DNA of 32,000 nucleotides from Nostoc punctiforme PCC 73102 (GTDB lineage Bacteria > Cyanobacteriota > Cyanobacteriia > Cyanobacteriales > Nostocaceae), in NCBI RefSeq assembly GCF_000020025.1, contig NC_010628.1:7290001-7322000 (forward strand), read 5' to 3'. The position numbers and the translations under genes are program-made. Below, one piece after another: positions 27,302 to 32,000 of this stretch. Each line of letters begins with the position of its first letter. The first letter of the stretch is position 1. Under the pieces are notes generated by a model. It saw only the letters and a program-made list of their open reading frames with translations. It did no database searches and was not told where the DNA came from.

Positions 27302-28090
27302 TTGAATTTTTGTGATAAACCAGTTAGCTATTATGTTGCAATAGAGCAATTAAGTGCTAAAGAAGATACTGTTTGGGGGCTGGTGATTGTCATAGTAATT
27401 ATTAGTCTTTGGGTAGCTAGTTTGGCTTTTTTACTAGCTATTAATTATGCCAAAGTCCCAATTTGGTTGATACCTATTGCAATAGTTTGGCAAATGTTCC
27501 TTTATACAGGGCTATTTATTACTGCACATGATGCTATGCATGGGTCAGTTTATCGTAAAAATCCCAAAATTAATAATTTTATCGGTTCACTAGCTGTAGC
27601 GCTTTACGCTGTGTTTCCATATCAACAGATGTTAAAGAATCATTGCTTACATCATCGTCATCCTGCTAGCGAAGTTGACCCAGATTTTCATGATGGTAAG
27701 AGAACAAACGCTATTTTCTGGTATCTCCATTTCATGATAGAATACTCCAGTTGGCAACAGTTAATAGTACTAACTATCCTATTTAATTTAGCTAAATACG
27801 TTTTGCACATCCATCAAATAAATCTCATCTTATTTTGGAGTATTCCTCCAATTTTAAGTTCCATTCAACTGTTTTATTTCGGAACATTTTTGCCTCATCG
27901 AGAACCCAAGAAAGGATATGTTTATCCCCATTGCAGCCAAACAATAAAATTGCCAACTTTTTTGTCATTTATCGCTTGCTACCACTTTGGTTATCATGAA
28001 GAACATCATGAGTATCCCCATGTACCTTGGTGGCAACTTCCATCTGTATATAAGCAGAGAGTATTCAACAATTCAGTAACCAATTCGTAA
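27302..28090 (+). CDS. crtW: beta-carotene 4,4'-ketolase CrtW
   Basis: 262 aa with the histidine boxes AHDAMHG, HCLHHRHP and HFGYHEEHHEYPH plus four hydrophobic segments. From memory it closely resembles the Nostoc punctiforme CrtW-type ketolase. The start is a TTG, as in the track. Confidence 0.9.
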   Translation: MNFCDKPVSYYVAIEQLSAKEDTVWGLVIVIVIISLWVASLAFLLAINYAKVPIWLIPIAIVWQMFLYTGLFITAHDAMHGSVYRKNPKINNFIGSLAVALYAVFPYQQMLKNHCLHHRHPASEVDPDFHDGKRTNAIFWYLHFMIEYSSWQQLIVLTILFNLAKYVLHIHQINLILFWSIPPILSSIQLFYFGTFLPHREPKKGYVYPHCSQTIKLPTFLSFIACYHFGYHEEHHEYPHVPWWQLPSVYKQRVFNNSVTNS

Positions 28091-28243
28091 TTCGCAATAC
28101 TCACCAAGGCACAAGAAGCAAGTACGTAATTATGAAAGTCTTACAGAATGTAGGTTATGGAGTTTGAATTGGTTGCCGAATTTTAGAAATTGGTATTAGT
28201 CCGCTTAATTTCGAGTTAGGGAAAATCGAAATTCTCAAATGCA

Positions 28244-28577
28244 ATGACTCACTTTGGCATTATTTGCCCACCATATCCCGGACACATAAATCCCCAAGCA
28301 GCTTTGGAGCGGAATTGCAATCGCGCGATCCTCGGGTGACTTTTCTGCAAATTCCCGATTTGGAATTAAAGGTGCAATCGGAAGAAGTGAACCTCTATCC
28401 GATTGGCAAAGCCATCTATAAACCTGGCTCAATGGCTAAAATCTTTGCTCAACAGGGAAAATTAAGTGTCGTGGAGGCGCTGCGTTACTCCTCAACTTTT
28501 GCCAGCAAATGGTAGAAATCATCTGTCAAGATGCACCAAAAGCGATCGCAGCGACGACTATTAGCCAGTCAACTTAA
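28244..28577 (+). pseudogene. GT1/MGT-family (UDP-glycosyltransferase, CrtX-like class) N-terminal relic
   Basis: ATG 28244 gives MTHFGIICPPYPGHINPQAAL. A frameshift near 28305 (TTGGAG) leads into ..GAELQSRDPRVTFLQIPDLELKVQSEEVNLYPIGKAIYKPGSMAKIFAQQGKLSVVEALRYSSTFASK. A second frameshift gives MVEIICQDAPKAIAATTISQST*. Only about 110 of the expected roughly 420 codons are present. Confidence 0.65.
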
Positions 28578-28749
28578 TCACACCTTGGCTGACTAAATGT
28601 TCAAGCTGAGAATGATGCTGTGTTTGCTCTCGTAGCAACTTGAGTTGCTCGTAAGTGAGAATGTGTAATCCGGGGCGGACAATATAACCTTGAATGGTAA
28701 TGCTTTGTGGCTGTTGGCTATTGGTGCGGTTGTAGGAAATTGAAGGCAT
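28561..28749 (-). CDS. small hypothetical ORF (62 aa), doubtful
   Basis: Track ORF with non-repetitive sequence, but no SD and no recognisable family. It abuts the GT relic. Confidence 0.25.
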   Translation of the reverse strand: MPSISYNRTNSQQPQSITIQGYIVRPGLHILTYEQLKLLREQTQHHSQLEHLVSQGVIKLTG

Positions 28750-29023
28750 ATTTACAATTATGTAAGTTAGAACTGATTAAGTAGAAGAAAGTTTAATTCC
28801 TCATTCTCTTACAGCTTCACACAAGTTCCTCTTAAAAGGTGACTATATAATCAGCCAATGCCAAAGCATATAGGAGATGTCTAATAGAAGCGCTCCATGC
28901 TGTGTAGGTTCTGTAAATAAAAAGGAGCAAAGGATTGCGTTACGATAGATTTATATAATAAAGCTGTCAACAGTCGGCATGACTGACACTCTATAGATTT
29001 GGAATACATGGGAGGCAAAGGTT

Positions 29024-29512
29024 ATCGCAATTCAAAAACAGCTAATTAACTCGCAAATCAAGTCACCCCAAGTTTTCTTGATTGACCATGAGAATAACAA
29101 TCGTGGTTTGACCAATACCAATGAAGCGTTAGAGCTAGCCGAAAGCCTAGAGTTAGACCTAGTTTTAGTGTCTGAAGGAAAAGACGTTCCAGTTGCAAAG
29201 ATTCTGAATTATGGCAAGCTTCAGTATCAAAAGAAAAAGCGTCAGGCACAGAGTGCTAGGCCAGTAGTGAAGGAAGTTCGGTTCGGTTTAAATATAGGTG
29301 TAGCTGATTACAAGTTACGCATTGATCAAGCAATTAGCTGGTTGGGTAAAGGTGATTCAGTAAAGTTTGCTGTTCGTTTACGAGGTCGAGAACATCAATA
29401 TCGTGAGCAAGCTGGAGAACTATTAGACCGGGTTGTAACCGATCTGAAGTCTGTAGGTAAAGTTCAATCACTTGATAAGCGTTCACTAATTGCTTTAATT
29501 ATTCCTGCGTAG
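29024..29512 (+). CDS. infC: divergent translation initiation factor IF-3 paralogue; non-AUG start (ATC 29024 or ATT 29030)
   Basis: LINSQIKSPQVFLIDHENNNRGLTNTNEALELAESLELDLVLVSEGKDVPVAKILNYGKLQYQKKK and VKEVRFGLNIGVADYKLRIDQAISWLGKGDSVKFAVRLRGREHQY match the two IF-3 domains. The frame is open from 28997 and contains no ATG. The track TTG at 29078 would cut off conserved N-domain residues. GGGAGG at 29010-29015 lies 8 nt before ATC 29024. Confidence 0.8.
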   Translation: MAIQKQLINSQIKSPQVFLIDHENNNRGLTNTNEALELAESLELDLVLVSEGKDVPVAKILNYGKLQYQKKKRQAQSARPVVKEVRFGLNIGVADYKLRIDQAISWLGKGDSVKFAVRLRGREHQYREQAGELLDRVVTDLKSVGKVQSLDKRSLIALIIPA

Positions 29513-29735
29513 TTTAGTTTTTAAATATACCTTTGAAACCTAAACTTAATAATGCCCGAACTCTGAGCTAGCAATGACACATTGCTGTGTGTTGTAGGCA
29601 ATGGCAAAAAGTTTTAGTTGCAATTGTTAAGATAAGTCAACGGCGGGTTTTTGGGAAAAACAATATCACCAAACCTGAAAAGTAAAAAGTGATGAATTAT
29701 GATTTATCCATAAATTACGAGGACAAGAAAAATTT

Positions 29736-30968
29736 ATGGTCAATTCATATAAAGTTCCGAAATTACCACTGCCAGCATCACTTTTAGGTTCAGAAGTCGG
29801 TTCTTTTGCTGAGTTCACAGTCACTCAAAGAATGCCTGCAATTGCCCGTCGAGTTATCGTTGAAAATAATTTTTCACCAGAAATTAATACAAGATTAGAA
29901 AGGCTTGCTACAGAACTGCCGACAGGATATTTACAACCTCTGTTGAATGATACTGTTGCAGATTTTCCCGCTTGGAATAAATATCTAGAAGCTTACAAGG
30001 ATCAGCGTTGGATAGACGTTCCCTGGTTTTTTGCAGAAACTTATTTTTATCGGTTAATTCTAGAAATTACTGATTACTTCCGCTCTAGTATATGGCAACC
30101 TATCGATCCATTTCAATTGCAAAAATCTCAGGGTTTAGAAGCGTCTCTTGACTCGACTATTCTTCTATGTACTCAGCTGAATAAATGGTTGGAAGATTCT
30201 GAAGTTGATGTTCCATCAAACTATAGAGCTTTAATTGCACTCTTATATTTTGCTTTGTGGGGAAATCGAGTTGACTTGAGTTTATGGTCAGCATTTGAGG
30301 ACGACCGGAGCCGTTTTGATATTCAAAATCAACTAGCTCATATCTTAGTAAATGATGCCTTCCAAATTAATGAATTATTAACTCTTTCTCAAGGAGATCG
30401 CATTGATTTTGTTTTAGACAATGCTGGTTTTGAACTTGTCTGTGACTTATGCTTAGTAGATTTATTATTAAGTAGCAACTTAGTTAATCAAGTTTACCTG
30501 CACCTGAAACCCCATCCTACTTTCGTTTCTGATGCCATGATTAAGGATGTACATGAGACAACAAGTTTTTTAGCCGCTACTAGTCATGAACAAGTAACAT
30601 CTTTTGCTCAAAGGTTGGAGGAGCATATTGCATCAAGGCATTTAGTGTTGTCTGAAGATTACTTTTGGACATCACCTTTAGCATTTTGGGAAATACCCAA
30701 CTCCCTCAATAATGAGTTAACTAATGCCAGTTTAATTATAGTCAAAGGAGATGCAAATTATCGTCGGTTATTAGGCGATCGCCATTGGGATATTACTACT
30801 AGCTTTGCAGATATAGTCTGCTATTTTCCTGCACCAATAGTAGCATTACGCACCCTGAAGTCGGAAGTAGCAGTAGGTTTAAAATCTGAGGTTGTTGAGA
30901 AAGTAGCAAAATCTGACCATTCTTGGTTGACCAATGGACAATGGGGTGTCATTCAGTTCGTGCCTTAG
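29736..30968 (+). CDS. DUF89 / ARMT1-like damage-control phosphatase family protein
   Basis: 410 aa with LWGNRVDLSLW, FVLDNAGFELVCDL and IIVKGDANYRRLLGDRHW, the DUF89 metal-binding motifs as I remember them. Confidence 0.8.
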   Translation: MVNSYKVPKLPLPASLLGSEVGSFAEFTVTQRMPAIARRVIVENNFSPEINTRLERLATELPTGYLQPLLNDTVADFPAWNKYLEAYKDQRWIDVPWFFAETYFYRLILEITDYFRSSIWQPIDPFQLQKSQGLEASLDSTILLCTQLNKWLEDSEVDVPSNYRALIALLYFALWGNRVDLSLWSAFEDDRSRFDIQNQLAHILVNDAFQINELLTLSQGDRIDFVLDNAGFELVCDLCLVDLLLSSNLVNQVYLHLKPHPTFVSDAMIKDVHETTSFLAATSHEQVTSFAQRLEEHIASRHLVLSEDYFWTSPLAFWEIPNSLNNELTNASLIIVKGDANYRRLLGDRHWDITTSFADIVCYFPAPIVALRTLKSEVAVGLKSEVVEKVAKSDHSWLTNGQWGVIQFVP

Positions 30969-30981
30969 TAATACAACATAT

Positions 30982-31000
30982 AAAAAAAGCCCTGGCTTTT
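30982..31000. terminator. small bidirectional intrinsic-terminator-like hairpin between convergent genes
   Basis: aaaaAAAGCcctgGCTTTtga has a 5-6-bp stem flanked by an A-run and a T-run, between the DUF89 stop (30968) and the ACAD stop (31084). Confidence 0.3.
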
Positions 31001-31083
31001 GAGTAACTGTTAAAGGAAGAGGGGCGAGACAAAGGAGAGACTTGTTGAATAATCCCCTCCTTGACCCCTTCTCCACTTCACCA

Positions 31084-32000
31084 TTACTTGACTTTCAGTG
31101 CCGACTTACCTAATGACTGACAAATAACGTCATTTTGTGGTGTATGGATACGGCTGCACAGAACGTCACGGTAGTGTCGCTCTAAAGGATTCCTTTTTAA
31201 CATACCAGGATTACCAGTTAGTTCTAAGGCAATCTCCACAGCACGAATCGAGTTAGTTGTAGTAAGGTATTTAACAGCTTGTGCCTGTAATCCTACGTTA
31301 GGATCGTACTCGCCCCGATCGATATCTTCAGCCAAACTATAAATTAATCTATTGTTAGCAAATAGCAGTACTTCTATTTCACCCACGGCAGTTTGGAAGC
31401 GTGGCAGAGTTGCCAGTGGTTCTTTGAGATTAGAAGGCGATCGCTCCCAAAGATATTTAACCAGCCAGTCTCGCGCACTGGTAGCCACACCGAGATATAA
31501 AGCACTCACTGTCAAACTGCCCCAAGTGGAAATCAGTGGATCAAGTGATGGTGCAGCAGATATGGGACTGAGATTCAGGGCGTACTCTAAGGGAATTAAT
31601 ACATTCTCCAAAATCAAATCGTGGCTACCTGTAGCTCTCATCCCCAAGTGATCCCAGGTTTCGACAATTTGCAAACCGGGCAAATCGCGCGGAACCAAAA
31701 AATTGCCAACTTGCGGTTCATCTTCAGTTGTCCGTGCCCAAACAACAAAGTAACTGAGGATGGGACTACCCGTAGTGTATTGCTTGTGGCCTGTTAAACG
31801 CCAACCCTCTGTTGTATGTTCGGCAATTGTGGCAGGTAATCCGCCTCTAGCTGGCGTTCCTAACTCTGGTTCAACACGGGCCGCATTGATCAGGGCAATA
31901 CCTTCAATGGATTCACGACACAACCGTTTATATACTTCTGGATGCCAGCGACGGCTACGGGCCGCATTGGCATGTTGAAGATAGTGCATCGTCAGTACTA
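31084..32000 (-). CDS. acyl-CoA dehydrogenase-family protein, C-terminal about 305 codons (5' end off the window)
   Basis: WDHLGMRATGSHDLILENVLIP, a helical C-domain, and ERHYRDVLCSRIHTPQNDV. The frame stays open upstream of the Met at 31989 to the window edge, so the true start lies outside. Confidence 0.85.
   Translation of the reverse strand, partial: VLTMHYLQHANAARSRRWHPEVYKRLCRESIEGIALINAARVEPELGTPARGGLPATIAEHTTEGWRLTGHKQYTTGSPILSYFVVWARTTEDEPQVGNFLVPRDLPGLQIVETWDHLGMRATGSHDLILENVLIPLEYALNLSPISAAPSLDPLISTWGSLTVSALYLGVATSARDWLVKYLWERSPSNLKEPLATLPRFQTAVGEIEVLLFANNRLIYSLAEDIDRGEYDPNVGLQAQAVKYLTTTNSIRAVEIALELTGNPGMLKRNPLERHYRDVLCSRIHTPQNDVICQSLGKSALKVK

Overview
This looks like a Nostocales-type cyanobacterial chromosome segment. 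The HIP1 octamer GCGATCGC recurs throughout, and AT-rich spacers are full of small hairpin repeats and MITEs. From memory, the CrtW ketolase and several other proteins look Nostoc punctiforme-like, but I cannot verify that here. Gene order: a multi-PAS sensor (partial) and a small PAS protein; a frameshifted ilvD; a LysR relic split by a MITE; an XRE-HTH/PBP-domain regulator followed by nifH-, nifE- and nifN-like genes; an orphan 118-aa ORF; dnaK-cbpA-cbpM; a CPYC GST-family gene; an SDR fragment and a small wHTH ORF; a helical carotenoid protein (OCP N-terminal-domain homologue); a decayed ORF; a long DyP-type peroxidase; a FUSC/ArAE-type membrane protein; a TauD/TfdA dioxygenase; an aldo/keto reductase; a second SDR fragment; the beta-carotene ketolase crtW; a glycosyltransferase relic; a divergent IF-3 paralogue with no AUG start; a DUF89/ARMT1-like protein; and a partial acyl-CoA dehydrogenase. 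The most interesting signal is the regulator-nifH-nifEN module. It has no nitrogenase D/K (or VnfDGK) structural genes and no other nif genes anywhere in the 32 kb. Its NifE-like protein also appears to have lost a conserved cofactor-site cysteine. Secondary themes are a loose carotenoid and oxidative-stress neighbourhood (HCP, DyP, crtW, GT relic), a high density of gene relics, and several well-defined MITE or inverted-repeat elements. I found no rRNA, tRNA or CRISPR array by eye. All homology calls rest on remembered family motifs, not on database searches.
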